Shown here: one piece after another, positions 29,744 through 37,807 of the stretch
Layout: every line of letters starts with the position of its first letter
How positions within the stretch are numbered: the first letter of the stretch is position 1
Origin: an uncultured delta proteobacterium
Lineage (GTDB): Bacteria; Desulfobacterota; Desulfobacteria; Desulfobacterales; UBA2156
DNA length: 64,000 nucleotides
Reading direction: 5' to 3'
Assembly: GCA_963736855.1 (NCBI GenBank)
Contig: CAVTQK010000013.1
Coordinates: 1-64,000, forward strand
Program-made: the position numbers and the translations under genes
The notes under the pieces: generated by a model
Told to the model about the DNA's origin: nothing
Databases searched by the model: none
The model's input: only the letters and a program-made list of their open reading frames with translations

Positions 29744-30253
29744 TTGGCGATTGGGCCGATGAAAGAAGTGGTCATCACCAAGGAAGAGGCTGTTTTCTGG
29801 TTGGATAAAAACGGTCGCTGGCACAACCGATATGGCCCTTTCGAGCATAAGAAGATCATCGATTATTTTCACACCAGCATCCGGAAAGACGCCGAAGGAT
29901 TTTTCTTAAGCCAGGAGCTGGAAGGAAGGAGGGAAAAGGTCTATTTCCCTTATGAGGATACGGCGCTCTTCGTATTTGATGTCATCGAAGAGCCGGAGGG
30001 AATCTTTTTAATTCTGAACACGAAAAAGCGGTTGAAGCTCATGCCGAAGAAACTTTTCATCGAAAATGATTCCCTATACATGAGCTTCGGGGAGGATTGC
30101 ATTAAATTCGCGGAATCGGCTCTTTTTCGGATATCCGATCGGCTTGTCAATGAGGGAGATCAATATTGGATTCGCGCGGGAAACCGCACCTATAAAATAG
30201 CAGACAAACCCCCCAAACCAAAGGCATCCGTCGAGAGATCAGGAGCCCTTTGA
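29744..30253 (+). CDS. Conserved hypothetical protein
   Basis: AVFWLDKNGRWHN...EKVYFPYEDTALFV; intact ORF in an operon-like position. Confidence 0.65.
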   Translation: MAIGPMKEVVITKEEAVFWLDKNGRWHNRYGPFEHKKIIDYFHTSIRKDAEGFFLSQELEGRREKVYFPYEDTALFVFDVIEEPEGIFLILNTKKRLKLMPKKLFIENDSLYMSFGEDCIKFAESALFRISDRLVNEGDQYWIRAGNRTYKIADKPPKPKASVERSGAL

Positions 30254-30479
30254 GGGCTTTCTTTCCCTTCGAAAAAAGTTCCTGACGTAGTAGGGAAAGT
30301 GCCCGTTGAGCAGGTATCCACGGAATTTCCCGTCTGTCTGTATCTCGGATGCGCACGGCGCCAACCGGCGCTGTACTCTTTTCAATTAATGGAATGATCA
30401 GGAAATGCTACATTGCCTTGACAGACAAAATTAAAATCCCTAAACTTCTATTCAAATAAAAACGCAATGAGATGAAGAT

Positions 30480-30968
30480 ATGAAAAATAATGAATTGCTC
30501 AAAGGCAAGAAGATTCTCATCGTCGATGATGAGCCGGATATCGTTGATACCCTGGTTGATTTTCTTTCCATGTGCGAACTGGAAAAGGCTTATGATTTTC
30601 AGACAGCCAAAAGTTTGTTGGAATCCAAGCCGTTTGACTTTGCCATTTTAGATATCATGGGGGTCGACGGATATCGGCTTCTGGAAATTGCCGCCGCTAA
30701 AAATGTGACCGCCGTCATGCTCACCGCTCATGCCTTGAGTCCAGACAATATCATCAAGTCTTTCAATAAGGGCGCTTCTTATTATATCCCCAAGGAAAAG
30801 ATGTCCGATATCGTCCTTTACTTGACGGATATTTTAAGGGCAAAGGAAAAAGGGGAGAGTCCCTGGAAAAGCTGGTTTGAAAGAATGGCGGTTTATTGCG
30901 AAAAGAAATTCGGACCCAACTGGCAAAAAGATGAAAAATCGTTTTGGGACAGGGTTCCTTTCTATTGA
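30480..30968 (+). CDS. Single-domain response regulator
   Basis: ILIVDDEPD, ILDIMG, MLTAH, YIPK. Confidence 0.9.
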   Translation: MKNNELLKGKKILIVDDEPDIVDTLVDFLSMCELEKAYDFQTAKSLLESKPFDFAILDIMGVDGYRLLEIAAAKNVTAVMLTAHALSPDNIIKSFNKGASYYIPKEKMSDIVLYLTDILRAKEKGESPWKSWFERMAVYCEKKFGPNWQKDEKSFWDRVPFY

Positions 30969-31043
30969 TCCTGTAATGATCCTGTAATTTTTCAGCGGGC
31001 TTTTCTCGTTACCGATTCAAAGCATCTTCGCCGCAGCCTCCTT

Positions 31044-31262
31044 TTAGATCTCCATCGTCTCATCCGGATCCGAAACATTGATTTCCACCATTTTCACGCT
31101 GGCAAGAATACGGGCCGCGTTCTTTGAAAGAGCAGGGAAGCCGTCGCCCAAACCGTGCAGTTTTTCGGCGGCCTCGCGGATAAGACGGACCTGGGTTTGG
31201 ATTGATGCAATATCAAATTGTGTTTCCATATGCTTTTTCATCCCTTCACTTAAAAGGTTCAC
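31044..31262 (-). CDS. Small hypothetical protein
   Basis: Overlaps the stop of the CoA ligase gene; FPALSKNAARILAS. Confidence 0.55.
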   Translation of the reverse strand: MNLLSEGMKKHMETQFDIASIQTQVRLIREAAEKLHGLGDGFPALSKNAARILASVKMVEINVSDPDETMEI

Positions 31263-32592
31263 CCTTCGGGTTTTTCCTTAAATCCTTAAATCGCCGGGCT
31301 TTGACATCATACCGGGGAAGTTTTCCATAAGCAAAAAACTCGATTTGGTAGGCAAGATTGGTCTTGAGTCTCAGATGATCGGCAAGCCGGCCTTCGATTT
31401 CCTTCACACGGCTCTCCGCTCCCGGCATCAGTTCCACTTTGAGTTTGATTCGATCCGCTTCACCCCGCTTGTCGACTACCACCTCGTATTCATTCCCGAT
31501 CCCATCGATTCCCCTCACCACTTCTTCAATGGCGGCAGGGGCCAATAGAACACCTTTGACTTTCGTAATATCATCGGCCCTGCCTAAAACTCCCCCCTTG
31601 ATCAGACGAAACGCTCTTCCACAGGAGCACGCATTCTCATCCCACTCGATGATATCTTTGGAGTCAAACCGGATACAGGGCTGAGCCAGGCGATCAAAGG
31701 CAGTGACGACCATCTTTCCCCGATGCCCCGGCTCTTCGATGATTCGGCCCGTTTCAAGATCCTCGATTTCGACAAGGAAAAAAGCCTCGTTGACATGCAA
31801 TCCGCCCGGCTGTTCGGCGCATTCAAAGGACCATGCTCCTATTTCGGTTGCGCCGGCATGATCGAACACTTTGGCACCCCAGGCATTTTCCATACGTTTT
31901 TTGGTGCTCGGTATGCTCGCACCCGGTTCTCCGGCGCAGGTAATCTTTCGGATGGTAAGCCCGGAAGGATCGATCCCAAGTTTATCCCTGGCCGTTTCGG
32001 CCATGCCCAACACATAGGTCGGGGTGGCCATCATGGCGGTTGCCTTGAGCTCCTGGATCTTCAGAATCCGGGCGGCTGTATCCAGAACTCCGCCGGGAAC
32101 GACCTCGCAACCGATCTTTTCCGCTGCATAGTGTCCGGCCCAAAAGGCCACAAAGACATTGTAGCCGAAAGGAATGAATACCCGGTCTTTGGGCCGATAG
32201 CCCTGGGCCCAGAGGATGTAGGACCAGCATTCGGACCACCATTCCCAGTCCTGCCAGGTATCCGGCTGGTAAACCGCCTGGCCGGTGGTTCCGCTGGTCT
32301 GACGGAATTCCGTCACCTCTTCGAGGGGAACACAAAGGGCATCACCGTAAGGGAAGGGGTCTTTTCTCTGGATATCGCGCATCATGCTTTTTTCCACTTT
32401 GGGAATATGGCTGATTTCATCCATGGAGCGGATATCATCGGGCGATATCCCTGCCTCATCATAAAGGTGCCGGTGAAACCGGGAGCGCTCATAGGCCCAT
32501 GAAAAAATTTTTTTAAATTTCCGGAACTGAAGCTCACGGAGGCGTTGACGGGGCAATCTTTCGAGTAGGGGATTCCAATAGCGTTGATCCAT
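31246..32592 (-). CDS. Phenylacetate-CoA ligase family protein
   Basis: QTSGTTG, AGEPG, DHAGATE, GRADD. Confidence 0.9.
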   Translation of the reverse strand: MDQRYWNPLLERLPRQRLRELQFRKFKKIFSWAYERSRFHRHLYDEAGISPDDIRSMDEISHIPKVEKSMMRDIQRKDPFPYGDALCVPLEEVTEFRQTSGTTGQAVYQPDTWQDWEWWSECWSYILWAQGYRPKDRVFIPFGYNVFVAFWAGHYAAEKIGCEVVPGGVLDTAARILKIQELKATAMMATPTYVLGMAETARDKLGIDPSGLTIRKITCAGEPGASIPSTKKRMENAWGAKVFDHAGATEIGAWSFECAEQPGGLHVNEAFFLVEIEDLETGRIIEEPGHRGKMVVTAFDRLAQPCIRFDSKDIIEWDENACSCGRAFRLIKGGVLGRADDITKVKGVLLAPAAIEEVVRGIDGIGNEYEVVVDKRGEADRIKLKVELMPGAESRVKEIEGRLADHLRLKTNLAYQIEFFAYGKLPRYDVKARRFKDLRKNPKGEPFK

Positions 32593-32938
32593 ATTCGGTG
32601 CCTTTGTTTTTTTATCCGTTGCGTTTATTCATCAGGGCAATGCAAGGTGCATACTCGCCATTAAAAACCACCAAGTCAAGAAGGCAGTCTCCCAAACATC
32701 GGGGTCAAATTTTTTCAAAAAAATTATCTTTAAATAATATGGATAATAATCTGCTGTCTGATAGGGTTCAACTTTTTCCGATCTCGTAGCTCGACCGGAT
32801 AAAAGTGTCTTTGGGTATTTAACTTGACAGTCGGAAACCTCTCTTGATACTCACATTATAGCTGTTTCAAAGCATGGAGTAAAGTCTCTGGGGGACTGTT
32901 ACCGAATATATGAACTCGAAACCAAAGGAGGATCGGAA

Positions 32939-33964
32939 ATGAAAGCAGGCAAATGGGTTGTTTGTGTCTCGTTGATGATGCTGGCAGGTTTCCTTCTTGC
33001 CGCATCACCGGTTTTCGCCCAGGCAAAACCGATTGAATTGACCTACTCGAATTTTTTCCCCGCCCCTCATAAAAATGCGGTCCTTTCCGTCGAATGGGGC
33101 AAAGAGATCGAGAAAAGGACCAACGGCAAAGTTAAAGTGACGGTGTTCCCGGGAGGAACTTTGACGCCGGCAGCCCAGTGCTACGATGGGGTCGTCAAGG
33201 GCCTTTCTGATGTCGGTTTGTCTGTTTTGGGCTACACGCGGGGAAGGTTTCCCCTGACCGAGGTCATCGATCTACCCCTTGGTTATGAAAACGCTCTAGA
33301 GGCAACCAAACTGATCAATATCTATTACAAAAAATTTCAACCCAAGGAATTGGATGACGTCAAAGTCATGTATCTGCACGCCCATGGTCCCGGACTTGTT
33401 CATACCAAAAAGCCCGTCGCCAAGCTGGAAGACCTTAAAGGTTTGAAGATTTCATGCCATGGTCTCAGCGCCAAGATCGTCGGCGCATTGGGTGGTGTTC
33501 CCGTGGCGATGCCGATGCCGGAGCGATATGATGCGATTCAAAAAGGTGTTGCCGAGGGAGGGGTGTTTCCTCTGGAATCACTGAAAGGCTGGAAGCTTGC
33601 AGAAGTCGTCAGTTCCACCACACTCAACTATGGATCGGCATATACCACAGGATTCTTCGTGGTCATGAACAAGGAAAAATGGAATGCCCTACCCCCGGAT
33701 ATTCAAAAAGTCATTGAAGCGATAAACGAAGAGTGGATCATCAAAACAGGCCAGGGATGGGACGAAATCGATAAGGAAGGAACGGCTTTGGCGGCCTCCA
33801 AAGGCCACAAAATTATCTCTCTTTCCAAAGAAGAGGATGCGCGATGGGCAAAGCTGGTTCAACCCATTCTGGATGATTACGTGAAAGCAATGAAGGAAAA
33901 GAATCTTCCGGGTGAAGAAGCGTTGAAATTCTGCCAGGATGAACTGAAAAAACTGAAAAAGTAA
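32939..33964 (+). CDS. dctP: TRAP transporter substrate-binding protein
   Basis: Signal peptide, FPGGTL, LEDLKGLK, MNKEKWNALP. Confidence 0.92.
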   Translation: MKAGKWVVCVSLMMLAGFLLAASPVFAQAKPIELTYSNFFPAPHKNAVLSVEWGKEIEKRTNGKVKVTVFPGGTLTPAAQCYDGVVKGLSDVGLSVLGYTRGRFPLTEVIDLPLGYENALEATKLINIYYKKFQPKELDDVKVMYLHAHGPGLVHTKKPVAKLEDLKGLKISCHGLSAKIVGALGGVPVAMPMPERYDAIQKGVAEGGVFPLESLKGWKLAEVVSSTTLNYGSAYTTGFFVVMNKEKWNALPPDIQKVIEAINEEWIIKTGQGWDEIDKEGTALAASKGHKIISLSKEEDARWAKLVQPILDDYVKAMKEKNLPGEEALKFCQDELKKLKK

Positions 33965-33975
33965 AATGAGAAACC

Positions 33976-34006
33976 GGAGGGGAGAGGGAACATTTCCCTC
34001 CCCTCC
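33976..34006 (+). terminator. Intercistronic stem-loop after dctP
   Basis: GGAGGGGAGAGGGAA-CAT-TTCCCTCCCCTCC. Confidence 0.55.
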
Positions 34007-34020
34007 CTTACAGGGGTTTC

Positions 34021-34503
34021 ATGGATTCATTTACTCGAAAAATCCAGTCTGTCAGCAAGCTTTTGAATATGATTGCCGGCATCAGTCTGACCTTCATCAT
34101 GTTTCTCACGGTCACAGATGTCATTTTGAGATATTTTAGAAAACCGATTACCGGAACTTATGAAATTGTGGCGTTTTCAGGGGCCATCGTGATCGGTTTT
34201 GCCGTTCCCTTGACCACGCTTCTCAAAGGACATGTCCTGGTGGATTTCTTAATTTTCAAGTTCCCCAAAAAAACCCGAAATATCTTCCATATTTTTACCC
34301 GTTGCATGGGCATTTTTCTTTTTTCCCTTCTCGGCTGGAACCTGATTAAAATGGGGATGGATCTCTATCGCAGCGGAGAGGTTTCTCTGACGTTGCAGAT
34401 TCCCTTTTACCCTGTCGCATTTGGTTTGGGTTTCAGTTGCTTCATCCAGTGTATTGTACTTGTCGCCCATATCTTTCAGGTTGTGGAGGGAAAATATGAG
34501 TGA
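34021..34503 (+). CDS. dctQ: TRAP small permease
   Basis: Four TM segments, DVILRY, GHVLVD. Confidence 0.88.
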   Translation: MDSFTRKIQSVSKLLNMIAGISLTFIMFLTVTDVILRYFRKPITGTYEIVAFSGAIVIGFAVPLTTLLKGHVLVDFLIFKFPKKTRNIFHIFTRCMGIFLFSLLGWNLIKMGMDLYRSGEVSLTLQIPFYPVAFGLGFSCFIQCIVLVAHIFQVVEGKYE

Positions 34504-35797
34504 AGTAATGGTCGGAATTTTGGGACTGACGCTGGTGCTGGTTCTTTTTCTAACGGGGATAGAACTCGGATTCGTCATGGCTTTTGTCGGCTTTCTGGGC
34601 TTCAGCTACATGGTTACCCTGAAGGCGGGATTGAATCTGTTGGCCAAAGATTTTTTTGACGTTTTTGCTTCTTACGGGTTCACGGTGATTCCTCTTTTTG
34701 TTCTCATGGGCCAAATCGCATTTAATGCGGGAATCGCCAAGCGGCTTTATGATTCGGCATACAAATTCATCGGTCACATTCCCGGCGGCCTGGCCATGGC
34801 GACAGTAGTCGGAGCGACCGTGTTCAAGGCTATTTGCGGTTCTTCCCCGGCAACCGCTGCAACTTTTGCCAGCGTTGCCGTACCGGAGATGGACCGCTAT
34901 AACTATAATCGGAAATTGTCTTCCGGAATCGTCGCAACGGTCGGAACCCTTGGAATTCTCATGCCTCCAAGCGTCACCCTGATCATTTTCGGCATCATCA
35001 CCGAACAGTCCATCGGAAAGCTTTTTTTAGCCGGCATTCTCCCCGGTCTGCTCATCGCCTTTTTCTTCATCTGCATTATTTTCATCTGGTGCAAATCCAA
35101 TCCTTCCCTCGGCCCAAAAGGTGAAAAGTCAAGCTGGAAAGAACGGGTTGCATCGCTTCCGGAGGTTTTTTGGGTAGTCATCATTTTTTTCCTCGTTATC
35201 GGGGGCCTCATGAAGGGCTTTTTCACCCCGACCGAAGCCGGCAGCGTGGGTACTTTTGCTGTATTGGTTCTATCTCTCATTAAAAGAGACCTTGGATTCA
35301 AGGGATATATCAAGGCCGTCGTGGAATCCCTGCGAACCGCCTGCATGGTCTTGCTGCTGATCGCGGGCTCGACAGTTCTGGGGCACTTCCTCGCCAGGAC
35401 CAAGATCCCCATGATCGCGGCTGATTGGATTATTTCCCTTCCACTGAACCGTAACATGATTATGATCATCATCAGCATTATCTATCTAATAGGAGGCTCC
35501 TTTATCGACGATTTGGCTTTTTTAGTCCTTGCCACACCCATTTTTTATCCCGCAATCATCAAGCTGGGGTACGATCCGATCTGGTTCGGCATTATCATCG
35601 CCATTACAGTTATGATCGGGGTCGTCATACCGCCTGTCGCCATCAACGTCTTTGTGGTCAAGGCCATTACAAAGATTCCTTTCAATGTGATCTACGCCGG
35701 AGTATACCCGTTTTTGCTGAGCCTGGTTTTTTGCGCATTTTTGCTTTTTTTATTCCCCCAGATAGCGACTTTTCTGCCGAATATGTTTATGCGGTAG
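34496..35797 (+). CDS. dctM: TRAP large permease
   Basis: IPLFVLMG, GTLGILMPPS, FTPTEAG. Confidence 0.92.
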   Translation: MSEVMVGILGLTLVLVLFLTGIELGFVMAFVGFLGFSYMVTLKAGLNLLAKDFFDVFASYGFTVIPLFVLMGQIAFNAGIAKRLYDSAYKFIGHIPGGLAMATVVGATVFKAICGSSPATAATFASVAVPEMDRYNYNRKLSSGIVATVGTLGILMPPSVTLIIFGIITEQSIGKLFLAGILPGLLIAFFFICIIFIWCKSNPSLGPKGEKSSWKERVASLPEVFWVVIIFFLVIGGLMKGFFTPTEAGSVGTFAVLVLSLIKRDLGFKGYIKAVVESLRTACMVLLLIAGSTVLGHFLARTKIPMIAADWIISLPLNRNMIMIIISIIYLIGGSFIDDLAFLVLATPIFYPAIIKLGYDPIWFGIIIAITVMIGVVIPPVAINVFVVKAITKIPFNVIYAGVYPFLLSLVFCAFLLFLFPQIATFLPNMFMR

Positions 35798-36062
35798 ACT
35801 TCTTCCAACCGACTGAATTCGACAGCTATCAGCTCCGCTGCAGTTTTCGAAATACCAAGAATTTTCACAATAGACCCAATCCGCGATTTCTATCTGAAGA
35901 TTCAGATTCCGTCCACGCCACGTGAACATCACCATAGCGGGGAATCCTGCGGAAAACCCCTCTCGACCACCTCGTTTACTCGAACCGTTCCATGAAACCG
36001 GGGAAGGTCATTGGCCTCCGGGAGTTAAGATATTTCATTTCTGAATAATTACCTGCCTTTTA

Positions 36063-36106
36063 TTACATATATGTAAATCAAATATCGATAAATAACATAA
36101 ATGTAA
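36063..36106. promoter_or_regulatory. Two palindromic sites, candidate enhancer-binding-protein UAS
   Basis: TTACATATATGTAA and TAACATAAATGTAA, starts 30 bp apart, about 100 bp upstream of a sigma54 motif. Confidence 0.55.
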
Positions 36107-36192
36107 TTTTATTATTTCTGGATTAGCTCCCAGAAAATCAATTTTTAACATCATAACAGATCATTATATCAATCAACCGGGGATTAACGGGA

Positions 36193-36209
36193 TTGGCATA
36201 TGATTTGCA
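36193..36209 (+). promoter_or_regulatory. Sigma54 -24/-12 promoter
   Basis: TTGGCATATGATTTGCA: GG-N10-GC consensus upstream of amtB. Confidence 0.8.
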
Positions 36210-36269
36210 TTTTTGAGATGCGGTTCTGGCAATCATCCAATCATGATGTAGAAAGGAGAAAACAGAGTC

Positions 36270-36500
36270 ATGAAATCTTCGATTTATTTCTTGGCGGCAA
36301 TGATGCTTTTTTACGGATTTTCCTGGGCAGGCGAGGAACCCCCGACACCCGCCTCCAACAAAGCCCTCATCGATCTGGTACAGTCCCATGCGGATTATAT
36401 TTGGACGCTTATTGCCGCAGCACTGGTATTTTTTATGCAGGCCGGATTCGCCATGGTGGAAACTGGTTTTACCCGGGCCAAAAACGCCATCAACATCATT
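36270..36500 (+). pseudogene. amtB: Ammonium transporter, N-terminal fragment only
   Basis: WTLIAAALVFFMQAGFAMVETGFTRAKNAINI, after which homology stops abruptly. Confidence 0.88.
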
Positions 36501-36643
36501 TGGACATTCGTTCGGCCTCCGCCCGATTGGTGTCGGTCCGCCAGAATTGATCCCGATGACTGCTCATTTATTCTATTGACAACATATCGAGTTAATTTTA
36601 AAAAATTTTAAAACAACTGAATCCGGAAAGGAGGTTTTTTGAC

Positions 36644-37423
36644 ATGAAAAAATGTACAGTTATGACTCTTGCTGCACTTTTGCTTTTTTCTATCTTTCCT
36701 CTAAACGGTCCTGCTTGGGGCCAAGGCGAACAAAAAGGGGCTTTGGATCCGGAAAACTTCAGCGCTACTTTAACCTTCACGTCGGATTATGTCTTCCGAG
36801 GAGTCTCTCAAACCGATGAGGAACCCGCAATCCAGGGTAGTTTCGATTACGCACATCCTGTCGGACTCTATTTGGGTATGTGGGGATCCAATGTGGATGA
36901 AGCCATCTCGGATGCAAACCTCGAAATCGATCTCTATGTAGGTTATCGGCGCGAACTTCTCAAGGATTTCAACCTGGATTTAACGGGTTACTACTATGCT
37001 TACCCCGGCAATGAAAAGGATCCCGATCCGGAGTTCATTGAACTCCACCTCGGTCTTTCCTATGCTTTTTCCGAAATGAAGCTTTCTCCCACCATCGGCA
37101 TCGGATACAACTATTCTCCGGACTTCTTCGGTGAAGACGGCGCTGCTCATTATATCAATGTTACGGGCGCATTGGCCCTGCCTTACGGTTTCAATGTTTA
37201 TGCAGAAGTAGGGTATCAGACCGTCGAAGGGGATAAACTCACCGGCAACGGTCAGGGACAGGACGGGGGAGATGGGTTTGATTATACCCATTGGAAAATA
37301 GGAGTCTCCAAGGAAGTCGTGGGCTTCAAACTGGACGCTGCTTTTCATAGTACCGGCGACGAAGAATTCCTGGGCGAAATCGGAGAAAATCGATTGGTCT
37401 TCACGATTTCCCGTTCTTTCTAA
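36644..37423 (+). CDS. TorF-family putative porin (TIGR02001-like)
   Basis: SDYVFRGVSQT..PAIQGSFDY, EIDLYVGY, C-terminal Phe. Confidence 0.85.
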   Translation: MKKCTVMTLAALLLFSIFPLNGPAWGQGEQKGALDPENFSATLTFTSDYVFRGVSQTDEEPAIQGSFDYAHPVGLYLGMWGSNVDEAISDANLEIDLYVGYRRELLKDFNLDLTGYYYAYPGNEKDPDPEFIELHLGLSYAFSEMKLSPTIGIGYNYSPDFFGEDGAAHYINVTGALALPYGFNVYAEVGYQTVEGDKLTGNGQGQDGGDGFDYTHWKIGVSKEVVGFKLDAAFHSTGDEEFLGEIGENRLVFTISRSF

Positions 37424-37455
37424 TCTCAACGACTTACCCGATCTAAGAATATCCA

Positions 37456-37492
37456 ATAAAGGGCTTCCCGGATGCGGGAGGCCCTTTATTTT
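37456..37492 (+). terminator. Rho-independent terminator
   Basis: AATAAAGGGCTTCCCG-GATG-CGGGAGGCCCTTTATTT. Confidence 0.75.
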
Positions 37493-37638
37493 GATCAGAA
37501 CTCGCTTTTTTATTTGCGGATCGAGGGCGAGCGTGAATTGTGTTTTGCTGATAGTTGCACACCAGCCGAAAACCTGTTCGAAGACCAGGATCCGACAGGA
37601 CAGACCCTGAGAACATCGAGCCGGTCATGCTTTCATTC

Positions 37639-37807
37639 TTAATCTTCGTAAAAAGCTTTGTGAGCGCCATTCAAGTCTTTTCGAAAAGAGAGGAAAAGGG
37701 TTGAGCGTAAAATCTCAAGCTGTTGAGGCTTTGCGAGTTCTGAGATAAAAAGCTTTTTTGAAATGACTGCGGCGCGAGAAAAATCAGCCTTTTTACGATT
37801 TCGTCAA
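37639..37807. repeat. MITE-like palindromic element, copy A
   Basis: CTTCGTAAAAAG ... CTTTTTACGATTTCGTCAA ends; similar to 57467-57660. Confidence 0.7.
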
